Shown here in pieces: positions 13,072-23,866 of a stretch of DNA of 64,000 bases. The DNA is from Hormiphora californensis. Taxonomy: Eukaryota > Animalia > Ctenophora. The DNA lies in assembly GCA_020137815.1 (NCBI GenBank), contig CM035355.1, positions 7,936,001 to 8,000,000 on the forward strand, in the 5' to 3' direction. Position numbers and translations under genes: made by a program. The notes beneath the pieces were generated by a model. The model saw nothing but the letters and a program-made list of their open reading frames with translations. It searched no databases and was not told the origin of the DNA. Position 1 is the stretch's first letter; every line of letters begins with the position of its first letter.

Positions 13072-13670
13072 TTAGTAAAGGTAGTAGTATACAACGCTGA
13101 CAAGGGCCAGGGGGACGAATGAGGTGGCGAAAGAGGAGGCACCATTGCACAGATCAGTTGAGCAATCCCAGCAATCGTCATTATCACTGGCATCGCACTC
13201 ACCACAGGCATGGTAGGTGTTGTTAACTCCGGCAATGTCCTGCAGGGTGGGAGGGTTAATGGATTATAATGATGTTAACATAACAATGGGTTAACAAGGA
13301 GGTTATTGTTTTAATGGGGTTAACACGGGGGTTATTAACAAGGGGGTTTATTGTTTAAATCACACTCTACTTTAATGATTCAATTGGGAAGAAATAAAGG
13401 AGGGTATAGTGTATCGCTCAGTGATGCATTTCACAAAAACACCTCTAAACTTAAAAATAAAAAAGGGAGAGTAAGCAAAGATGAAATTAAAAACAATGAA
13501 TGTACCTTGGAGAACCATTTGCATTTAGTGTAGTTAAGGTTAACATAATCTCCCATGGAGCAATCAGTATCGACGGTAGCTCCAGTGCCAGCGACGAAGG
13601 TTCCTACTTTGCACTCAATGGCAAAAGCAATGGCCACGACGGCAATGAGACAGACGGCTGTTCGCATCAT
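13072..13670 (-). CDS. Small secreted, probably GPI-anchored Ly6/uPAR (three-finger/Quiver-like) protein, 110 aa
   Basis: Exon 1 13670-13506 (signal peptide MMRTAVCLIAVVAIAFA, then IECKVG...KCKWFSK). Phase-0 GT-AG intron. Exon 2 13239-13072 (DIAGVNNTYHACGECDASDNDDCWDCSTDLCNGASSFATSFVPLALVSVVYYYLY*). Eight Cys in the mature part, a C-x-x-D-L-C-N motif, then small residues and a hydrophobic tail. Confidence 0.85.
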
Positions 13671-15638
13671 TTTGAGGGTTTAGAGAGTAACTTGGGCTAG
13701 AAGAGAATAATGGTGTTAGTTATCGGGAGTATACAAAATTATATGACTAAGGACAAGGTACTGCACAAAGCGAAAACCAACAACCGATAGAAAATGCAAA
13801 ACTGCAGCAACTTTAAATGGGTATACGGCAGCAGGGGTGAGAGAGATAATTGCTTGACTAACTATTCAACATGCTAACAGTTAACTGCAACGGTAAATTT
13901 TAACTGATCTACCATTTAGAAAAGAGCTCATTATTGCGTGAGAAATATCTCCCCGGAGAAAAGCTTGTGCATCTACCGAACCCTCCTGCAGTGTGAGCTG
14001 CACACAATGCATGATAGAAGTGGTGGGGGAGAGAGAGTCCACCACTTCTCTCATGCATATATTGATATACATCAACGAAAGTAACAAGCACTCTCTGACC
14101 TCTGAATCTCAGTAAAGAACAAGTCAGAATGCTGTTACTATGGCAACGAAACCGCGACCGGCCTATTAGTAGTACAACACCGATTGATACAAAATCAGAA
14201 AATTTGGGCAGACCTGTGAACTGTTTGTTTTTGGAAATTCTACTGAACTTATATAGAAAACAGTTGATGTCATCAATATGGAGTCATGAAGTGATTGTAT
14301 AGGGTCGACTGATGACGTGAATGCACAATACAAACAAACCCAGTGCATGAGTAGTTCATTTACGTCATATCTCAGAGATATAGAGCTATAATAAAACAGG
14401 GAGAGTGGTACCACCGCATACAGAGCAGTAAAGTGAAAGTGAAAGTATGTGCTAATGCTTGACAAGTGAAAGTGAAGTTTGAACAGAAACAAAGCTAAAG
14501 TTGTTTCATAACGAAAGTGAAACTAAATGGTATAATATACGTCAATGATATGAAGTACACTAGGGTAGTACTACATAGTACGTCAGTACGTAGATACGTA
14601 CTGTATAAGCCGCACAGTAGAACTAGAAAGAAGCTACTGTAAAATACAAGAGAGCTATAATTTATGCCGTATCACGTGCATGTTTGCCTTTCTCTCTCTC
14701 CCTCTCAATGACATACTAAGTCATTATCAAACTCTCTCGTACATCTATAAAATTAAATGGAGCAAACTACATTCCCACCCAAGAACAAAGCCCTATTTCT
14801 AACTCTACCGCTCTTTTCTATTTTTGGGTTTCTCACGCATGATATTGGCTGAACCGGAAGAGAGGCAATGCTAATTGTCCGAGATAACTGATTTGGGTAT
14901 GTGGGAGGGAGAGAGAAGAGAGGAAGAGGAGAAGAGGGGAAGAAGAGAGAGGGGAGAGGGAAGAACGAACTCCCCCCTTTCCTCCTTTCTTTTTCCCGCG
15001 CGGGAGGGCGGGGGGGCGGGGGCCCCCGGGGCGGGGCCCCGCCCCGGCCGCCGGGCGGGCGCCCCTCCCCTCCCCCCCCCCCTTTTTCCCCCCCTTCCTT
15101 TCCCCTGCCCCTCCCTTCTTTTCCTTTCCCCCCCCTTTTTTTTTCTCCCCCCCCCCCCACCCCTAAAAGTGAAAGTGAAAGTATTCTACCAGTGCTTGAA
15201 TAGTGAAAGTGAAAGTTCTAACAAAGCCAAAGTTGTGTCATAACATAAAAAAAACTAAAAGAAGAAGAGAGAAGCTGAATTTAAAAAAGGTCAATATAAC
15301 AAAGAAAGTGAAAGTGAGACTTGCTAGGGGTGATAATTGATCAAGCAGCGTCCGCTAGCTTGCAAAAAATTTGGCTTTTAAGAAACAAAGACAGCTAAAA
15401 TACCATTTGTAGATATCTTTTGTTTTTGGTGGCCTGGCAAGCGCCTGCTTTTGCTTGATCTACCCTCACAGAAATAAAATGCGGTGTGAGACACACAATA
15501 AAACATGGACAATGTGTTTGGGGGAAAACTGGGGGGGAAAAATAGCCGAAACTAAAACTAAATCTCAGGTTCAGGGAAATACCGGGGCCGAACCTGGGGT
15601 TTCCGGCCACTTTTTTCCCCTCTATTTTCGAAGCCTTT

Positions 15639-16087
15639 TTTAAAGGTTGCAAGATACCTAAACTTTTCGTATATCGCTTATTTTGTTTACTTAATTTTCA
15701 GCATTTTTTCAGAATTTTTTGTCGGCTAAAAAATTTTGCAAATGGGGGGTCTACTGACAAATGAGTGTCCTTTTTTAAATTGAAAAGTAAAATCCCGGTT
15801 TCCCGATGAGTACAGAAAACCCTTTGGTCGTTTGAAAGGTCCCTTTTTAACCAATCCCCCAACCAAAACAAGCCTTTTTTCTTTGAGGGAAACCGGGAAA
15901 AGTGAATTTCTTTGGAGACGCCGTGGTGTGCCCATAAAAAACCTGGGTTTACAAAATTTGGTTAAAAACCCCATTTCGAATGTTTTTTTTTAGCCGACAA
16001 AAAATTTTGAAAAAATGCTGAAAAAATTTAAGTAAATCAAAAAAATAAGACGATATACAAAGTTTTAGGGATCTTGTCAACCTTTAA
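15639..16087. mobile_element. TTAA-flanked MITE (partly garbled)
   Basis: ttaaaggttgcaagatacctaaa... vs ...tttagggatcttgtcaacctttaa, about 90-bp imperfect TIR. Confidence 0.6.
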
Positions 16088-16733
16088 AGTTAAACTAAAC
16101 CCATGGGTAACCGGGAAAAGAGCTTCTGTTAATGCAGGTCACACCAGTTTTTAACTACCTGGTGGGCTATTAATTACCCTCGCTCTCTCAGAGCCTGGCT
16201 TACACATGTTGTGATTCAGGAGCCAGATTCTTGACATGGCATCGTTTTAACAAGGCGATGCTTCTAAATATAAAATCAACGCTTCTCGTGAGAGTATTTT
16301 GCATGGTGAAAGTGAAACTGAAAGCTTTTCTATGAAACTTTCATTGAAAGAGTTTCCCACGAAAAACAAAATCCCCCCGTCCCCATGTAAATTTGAAACA
16401 AACTTCAAGCAATTTCTAAATTCTAACAGCCAAAATCTCGAGTTCGCTGCGGTTGATTTTAACACTAGAGTCCGCACACCGTACACAAGTAAACATCCGG
16501 GTCAATGATGAAAGTACGGGATAAACGTTGTTTTTCGTGGGAAACTCTTTCAATGAAAGCCAGCCATAAGCCATTAAACGGCACGGGCTGGAAATCAACA
16601 AGCCGATGGAAATCGTATCGCCGCCCCTGACAGTAACTTGCGGCCAGGCCTGTGTACACTTTATGATTGGCACTACCAAATTATTTAATAGAGCGTCCAT
16701 AATAAAACCCTGGTGCTGAATGCTCAGCTTGAA

Positions 16734-16900
16734 CTAATGTACTGACGGGTTTTGTTTGATGGTTGCGAGGTGTTTATAAAATCTTGCACTCGTGGACCAT
16801 GCGACAACCAAGGGGAACCGGGAAATTAAGCTCTGCTCCACGTCCAGGACCCTCTCATTGTGTTTTTCTACTGTCAAGGGAAACACTACAACAACAAGCT
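16734..16900 (-). pseudogene. Degenerate fragment of the CRE-like RLE retrotransposon
   Basis: HNERVLDVEQS...FPLVV...FYKHLA matches YNERVLEVEQSCFCPLVF...FYRRLA of the 19166-19815 copy. Confidence 0.65.
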
Positions 16901-17016
16901 TACAAGGTTGAAGATGCACACATTGACATAGATTTTGCTGAAAAGTTATCCTACACAGAAATACTTCTAGCCACCAAACCACTAAATCTTTTTGAATAGT
17001 TCAAAAAATGATCTGA

Positions 17017-18797
17017 TATATCATATCAAGCCCCAGCCCTGGGGCTACCCCTCAAACCTGCCAGTGTTGACACCTGATAAGTGATATTGGTCCCCCAGTA
17101 TAAGGAACCATAATAAAGTTCAAGAGCCTCCAAGAGCACCCAAGAGCACACCCGATCGAAGAGAGACCACACCTGAGAGCGTACCACACCCAAAAGAGAC
17201 CACATCCAAGAGCGCACCACCTCCAGAAGTTTTTTTTTTTTTTTTGAAAATTCACTAACCCCAACACACCTCCAGAAGACACCACTTCAAGAGCGCACCA
17301 CATCAAAGAGAGCTCCCCATCCAGAAGATACCACGCGCAGGGGACACCACGCGCAGAAGAGACCAGCGCGGCGTTGTATTTGCGCGTGCGGTCTCTTCTG
17401 CGCGTGGTGTCCCCTGCGCGCGGTATCTTCTGGATGGGGAGCTCTCTTTGATGTGGTGCGCTCTTGAAGTGGTGTCTTTTGGAGGTGGTGCGCTCTTGGA
17501 TGGGGTGCGCTCTTGAACTTTATTATGGTTCCTTATAAGGAACCATAATAAAGTTCAAGAGCGCATATATCATATCAAGCCCCAGCATATATCATATCAA
17601 GCCCCAGCCCTGGGGCTACCCCTCAAACCTGCCAGTGTTGACACCTGATAAGTGATATTGGTCCCCCAGTATAAGGAACCATAATAAAGTTCAAGAGCCT
17701 CCAAGAGCACCCAAGAGCACACCCGATCGAAGAGAGACCACACCTGAGAGCGTACCACACCCAAAAGAGACCACATCCAAGAGCGCACCACCTCCAGAAG
17801 TTTTTTTTTTTTTTTTTTTTTTTTTTGAAAATTCACTAACCCCAACACACCTCCAGAAGACACCACTTCAAGAGCGCACCACATCAAAGAGAGCTCCCCA
17901 TCCAGAAGATACCACGCGCAGGGGACACCACGCGCAGAAGAGACCAGCGCGGCGTTGTATTTGCGCGTGCGGTCTCTTCTGCGCGTGGTGTCCCCTGCGC
18001 GCGGTATCTTCTGGATGGGGAGCTCTCTTTGATGTGGTGCGCTCTTGAAGTGGTGTCTTTTGGAGGTGGTGCGCTCTTGGATGGGGTGCGCTCTTGAACT
18101 TTATTATGGTTCCTTATAAGGAACCATAATAAAGTTCAAGAGCGCACCCCATCCAAGAGCGTACCACCTCCAAAAGACACCACTCCAAGAGCGCACCACA
18201 TAGGGATCCCTAAAAAAGTTCAGTATTTACACAGCGTTTACACAGTCTTTACACAGTCGTTACACCCAGAGCGCCCGCGCCGCTCTGGGTGTAAAGACTG
18301 CGTCTTTCGCACTCGATTTGCAGCGTTTTCGGAAACTTTTTTCGCCGCAGCGCTCAATTTACTCAATTGTGCAGCACACAATCCAATATTTTCTTAGAAA
18401 AAGACGCAAAACGCAGCACGCGCCGCTCTGGGTGTAACGACTGTGTAAAGACTGTGTAAACGCTGTGTAAATACTGAACTTTTTTAGGGATCCCTATCAA
18501 AGAGAGCTCCCCGTCCAGAAGATACCGCGCGCAGGGGACACCACGCGCAGAAGAGACCGCACGCGCAAATACAACGCCGCGCTGGTCTCTTCTGCGCGTG
18601 GTGTCCCCTGCGCGTGGTATCTTCTGGATGGGGAGCTCTCTTTGATGTGGTGCGCTCTTGAAGTGGTGTCTTCTGGAGGTGGTGCGCTCTTGGATGTGGT
18701 CTCTTTTGGGTGTGGTGCGCTCTCAGGTGTGGTCTCTCTTTGATCGGGTACGCTCTTGGGTGCTCTTGGAGGCTCTTGAACTTTATTATGGTTCCTT
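17017..18797. mobile_element. Cluster of TAAGGAACCATAATAAAGTTCAAGAGC-TIR foldback MITEs, tandem and inverted, with a nested insertion
   Basis: Units ~17101-17535, ~17672-18116 and an inverted unit ~18117-18797. 17017-17565 is near-identical to 17587-18146. Nested hairpin element at 18201-18496. Confidence 0.8.
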
Positions 18798-19165
18798 ATT
18801 TAAAAAAAACGATGCACTGTGTGAAAAAAGTTCTGTGACCGGCGCTGCACTGTGCAAAGACTGCGCGGCTCCCTTTTTGCAGCGTTTTTGGCAAACTTTT
18901 TAGCCGCGGCGCTTTATTCACTAAAGTGTGCATCGTTGCACGCAATCGCGTACCGTTTGCACGCTTTAAAAAATTTGCACGTTTCACGTTTTTTTTTTTT
19001 TTTTTTTTTCTAAAAGGGGGTTGAAAAGCGCTGCCTTATCCCGCGCTGCTATCGGGGGCCAGCAACGTTTGCCAAAAAAGGGGGTTAAAATGGGATTAGA
19101 TAACAATATCAATATGAAAATACCGGTCTCCCATGGGGGAGAAGATTAATAAATTACTGCATTGA

Positions 19166-19815
19166 TTAAAATTGATTAAATTTGGTAGAATTAAAAGTGT
19201 TATATAATAAGTTAATGTCATTGAGTTCGCTCTTATACTGCCTCGTTTTAGTGAACTTATTGCCTCTATGCCCTCTCAAGCTAATGACAGTTGTTCTGAG
19301 CAGGGTGAAAGACAACCGCTGCCTAATGTAACGGATGGTGTCAGAGTAAGCCTGGTGTGTTTTGTCAGCAAGCAGCTTGGCAAGGCGCCTGTAGAATTTT
19401 TCTGCCTCGTTGCCCAGGGCACCAGTTACTGAAAACACGAGTGGGCAAAAACAACTCTGTTCAACCTCAAGGACACGTTCGTTATAGCAGCGTTTTTTCT
19501 CGTCCTCGTGTCGTTTCAGAGCTGTATCAAGAGGAATGGCACTGTTTGTGGGAGCCAATGGATTGAAGATGCGCACATCTGTGTAAATTTTGTCCATGGG
19601 AAGCCAAAAGTCCCTAGCAGCAACATCAAGGCGAGCATCGTTTGCAGTGTTTGCTGACTTTAGCCGGAAGGTTTCGCCAGTGATTGGGAGAAGATGGGGT
19701 TCTCTTGAAACATCACGGCATCCCGCCTCTTTCAGCAGGTTTGCAGTAAGGTCCCGGATCTCATTATGCCGCAGCTGCACGTAACCACCAAGATGACAAG
19801 AGAGGCTGTGTTCAC
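19166..19815 (-). mobile_element. 5'-truncated non-LTR retrotransposon (CRE-like), C-terminal zinc knuckle + restriction-like endonuclease region
   Basis: HSLSCHLGGYVQLRHNEIRD...REPHL...ARLDV...DVRI...KKRCY...PLVFSVTG...RLSFTLLR...LRG, typical of RLE-bearing CRE-clade C-termini; no RT part present. Confidence 0.8.
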
Positions 19816-19849
19816 GTTTTTTTCAAGAAAATTTCGAAATTTTTTTTTT

Positions 19850-21166
19850 CAGTTCTCACATCACATTTGGTCAGAGCTCCCTTATCTCTGTTGTGCTTGC
19901 AAATCTCTCTAATTGTGAGATATCTATCTCTCCTGCTATGAGCGGTAGTACAGCCTCTGCTTGTAGTTTCAAAGACCGGCTGAGAGTCTATAGTGATGAA
20001 AGGGTGCAGAGAGGCGTGTATGGTGAAGTGCAGGGCGAGTTATTTGACCTGGTACGGGACCTGTTTACACATGCTGGTATGAAGGAATCCTTCCCGAAGA
20101 GTTTGACTGCCGGACGTAGTGTGTGGGATAGCTTGAAGTGTCCTAGTAAGAGTAAAATCAAGGGGATTAAGAAGCAAGAACTAGAGGATTTCTCTGAGAA
20201 AGTGTGCCGTTTCCTAATGGAGAGGTGTTACCCACTGCTCGACCGTCTGAGTACTGAAGTTGAAGACAATGAGAGGAAACTATTGGATAGTCAAGAGGAG
20301 CTGATTGTTTCTCAGCGTGCATTGGTGGAGGCCCAGGGACAGCTGGTTAAATTGCAGTGTGAGTTGTTAGGGAAGCGAGATAAGGAGATCACTGCTGTGC
20401 AGTCTGCTGCTGAAGAGGAGATAAAGACGTTTTCCTCGGTTCTGAAAAAGAGTTGTGACAATGCTCTAGCTCCGAAGCGTATTCGTACAGCAATAACGAG
20501 TGCTACAGAGGACAGGACAAGCAACGTCATTATACATGGACTTTTTGATGATCCCAGTGAAAGTAGTAAGGATCTGGAACATTCAGTTTGTGGAGTTTTC
20601 GACTACATGGGTGAATGCGTGACTAGTGTTTACAGCATGAAGCGTCTCGGAAAGTACAAGGAGGGTACTGACCGACCTGTCAAACTGCGCCTGTCTGGCC
20701 GTGAATTTCGAGATCTGATCCTGTCCCGCAAGAGTGGTCTGAAGAAGTGTGATAGGTACAAAGATCTGTACATCTCACCAGACCGTTCCCCGGAGGAGAG
20801 AGAGGAGAGGAGGAAGTTGGTGGCTGAGCTAAAGGAGAGGAAGGCGGCGGTTCCAGGCAAGACCTTTGGGATCCGAGGAGGCAAGGTTATGGAGGTGGAG
20901 GTGTGAGGGCGTGAACGTGAGCGTATTGAACTGTGTTGAAATGTCTGTGTTTATGATTTTGACAAGGTTTGGTGACAGGACTTTGAGCATCTGAGTACCG
21001 GACTTTTTACTAGAAATTGGACTTTTTTTTATAGTTTATCTAGAGTTTTAGGTTTTATATGCAGAGGTGAACCGCTCTGAAGCTCCGTAGTACTAGTGTT
21101 TTTTGGATTCTGGTACCCTACGGGGTCTGAGCGTGTATACAAATTCTGTTATTATTATTATTATTA
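19850..21166 (+). mobile_element. ORF1-only LINE-like element (CR1/L2/L1-type ORF1p), ends in (TTA)n
   Basis: Short 5' leader, single intronless ORF, ~260-bp 3' UTR, TTATTATTATTATTATTA tail at ~21146-21166. Confidence 0.7.
19938..20906 (+). CDS. LINE ORF1p-like protein (coiled coil + RRM-like + CTD)
   Basis: Intronless. Coiled coil followed by RTSNVIIHGL...KRLGK...RPVKLRL...LYISPDRSPEEREERRKL, the characteristic ORF1p/Tnp_22-like signature. First ATG at 19938. Confidence 0.8.
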   Translation: MSGSTASACSFKDRLRVYSDERVQRGVYGEVQGELFDLVRDLFTHAGMKESFPKSLTAGRSVWDSLKCPSKSKIKGIKKQELEDFSEKVCRFLMERCYPLLDRLSTEVEDNERKLLDSQEELIVSQRALVEAQGQLVKLQCELLGKRDKEITAVQSAAEEEIKTFSSVLKKSCDNALAPKRIRTAITSATEDRTSNVIIHGLFDDPSESSKDLEHSVCGVFDYMGECVTSVYSMKRLGKYKEGTDRPVKLRLSGREFRDLILSRKSGLKKCDRYKDLYISPDRSPEEREERRKLVAELKERKAAVPGKTFGIRGGKVMEVEV

Positions 21167-21450
21167 AATTCTGTTATTAAATTTGTGCGTTCGAACATCC
21201 AAAACGAGCCGCTCCCGCCCCGGACGAACAGGGACACGCTGGTTCAGAGGCTCTGCTCCATTCGTGATTTTTGGCCATCGTGTTAAGTAAAACCCAAACG
21301 GATCGTTTAGCTTTATCGTTATTGTTCCGGCGAGCACACCGCACACGCCAGACAGCTTCACCATTGGCAGTTCAAACTTTAGAAGTTGTTGTTTGTGATA
21401 ATATTTAACACGGTTACTGACAGTAAGTTACTGCTAGTTCAAATTTTAGT

Positions 21451-23800
21451 ATGGCATCCAAAAGGAAAAGTAGAGCTACCCCAGACATCGAGGAGATGGA
21501 ACCTCCCTCAGTTAACCGGGCCAAAAGGAATTCCATTTGTGTGAATGGGAAAATTATCGACATCAAAAAGCCAGAGTGCGAGGGTGGAGTGAGGATTTCC
21601 TTCAACGATATTACTGCTGCTGCCTACAGGATCAAGTCTGGCATCGTTAAAACCCCTCTCGTTGTAAGTGTCCCACACAGAGAACATGAACCCGAATAAA
21701 TCAAATGTTAACAACTTTCCAATCCATTCAGAGATCAGATGCGCTTAGTAAAATTCTCGGTTGTGAGTTGTACTTTAAGAAAGAGTTCGAGCTACGGACT
21801 GGAAGTTTTAAGGAGCGGGGTGCTCGGAACGCCTTGCTAAAGTTGTCAGCAGAAGAGAAGAAGAACGGTGTTATTGCTGCCTCAGCAGGAAACCATGCCC
21901 TTGCATTGGCTTACCATGGTCAGCTCCTTGGGATCAAGGTACTAATTGCATAGATCTGAATCTCCATAGTGATTGTTCATGTAACCATAGCAACCAATGT
22001 GTGTAGTTACAAGAAACCTGTTTTGTCAGCTGTTTCACTGGATTATGACAGCTAATGTAATTATCCACCAGGTGACAGTGGTGATGCCGGTGGTGGCTCC
22101 GATTATGAAGATTTCCCAGTGTAAGCAGATGAAGGCAACAGTGGTGATCAAAGGGGAGACAATTGCAGAGGTGACCAGTTATTATAGTGATATCCTTATT
22201 ATAAGGCCCCCTGTGTTTCCCAGATTCCCAGACTTTTACCCCCCTGATTTTCACGGCACGAGATTTTGCACTGACAATCCTTGAGAAGGAAGGCCAAGTT
22301 TACATCAATGGGTAAGTTACACCAAAAAACCTCCGTTGTTATAAGTTTTTAAATGGGTAAGTTAAATAGTTGACCAATCTCTACAATTATATGGTGTGCA
22401 GTAGGTACTAGGTATTGCTCTTTTGAGAGCTGCATGATAAGAGTCTGATATTATAAAATGTTGCACATGCACGTAGTGCAGGCTAATCGGTTTGTACGGG
22501 ACCTTATGACGTAAATAACCTGTTTAAACGGGTTTCCCGGAAAATGCACACACACGAACCCACCCTTTCTAACCGATAAGACCTGATTGAGTTTGTTTAA
22601 GACGTTGTTTTCTGTTATCAGATGGTTCCCTCCCCAGCCAGGAGGGGCCTCATTGACATTTTCAGCGAACCTTATCATCGTGTCCCGAACATTTCCAGCT
22701 TAGTTTTATCGTGTCCAATATATATCAAATTTCAGAAATAAGGACCGACTTCATACGTACATTGTGCAGCGTTTTTGTCGATATGACTGAAGGCTAGGAT
22801 GAGGTGCGGGAAAAGAAAAAAGGTGTGAAACTACTCCTGTGTTTCAGGTTCGATCACCCCGATATCATTGCTGGACAGGGAACTGTTGGTCTGGAGATAT
22901 GTGGTCAACTAGACAATATTGACGCTATTATTGTACCCGTGGGGGTGCTGGCCTGATAGCGGGTGTTGCAGTAGCAGCTAAAAACATGAACCCCAGCATT
23001 CAGATCATCGTAAGTTTCCAACTTCCCAATTTCCAATTTCAAGTTCTTTTTTCTCTCATACAGCGGTTTCTAATCCGTCCTGAATTCATTTTGTACGTGT
23101 GTGTTCCCCCTCCTCCAGCATCTCTTGTTCAGACAACATGAAACCTCTTCTTGTAGTAGATCACTCCCAACAATAACATTAGAACAATTCCCAGTGGGGG
23201 TTGAGGGTTAGCTCAATTGACCACAACGATCCGACCCCATATAATGCAATTGAATACATGTGCAGATTGAATTCCTCCATGAAACTATTTCCCTGCAGGG
23301 AGTTGAAGCGGCTCGATGCAAGAGCTTCACAGAGGCCCTTAAAGCTGGTAAACCGGTCCGGGCTGCCAATTCTGTGTCTCTAGCAGATGGTTTAGCAGTT
23401 CCTACAGTCGGTCTCAACGCATTTGTGACAGCTCAACCTTTGGTGGATAAAATTATAACTGTCAGGTAAGAAGGGAGACAAGTTGAAAGTCGACAAGTTG
23501 GAAGTTGTAATTATGAAAGGGCAGAGAGACAGAGATTTCTCTAGAAGTCTTGCCAAGTGGGGGAGATTGAAGAATTCAGAATTCTTGTTGGGGTGGGGAG
23601 TAATCTTGTAAAGAGAAAATCCTTGGCAGATATGATGAGATAAGATGAGGGGATATTCTTATATTCTCTCGCTCCCTCTCTCTCTCTCCCCCTCTCTTTT
23701 TTTCTTGATTCAATTTTTCATGCACTATATATTTCTTGCATAACCCATGTATAAGTATATTTAGACTTTAGAGCAAATGAAGAAAAAGAGAGAGAAAGAA

Positions 23801-23866
<66 letters not shown>

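Noticed and set aside
22251-22950. Non-canonical CG acceptor and frameshift suggesting a dehydratase pseudogene
   Set aside because: Single-base indels (tttcacg for tttcag; a short G run) are best explained as sequencing errors; all motifs and other splice sites are intact.
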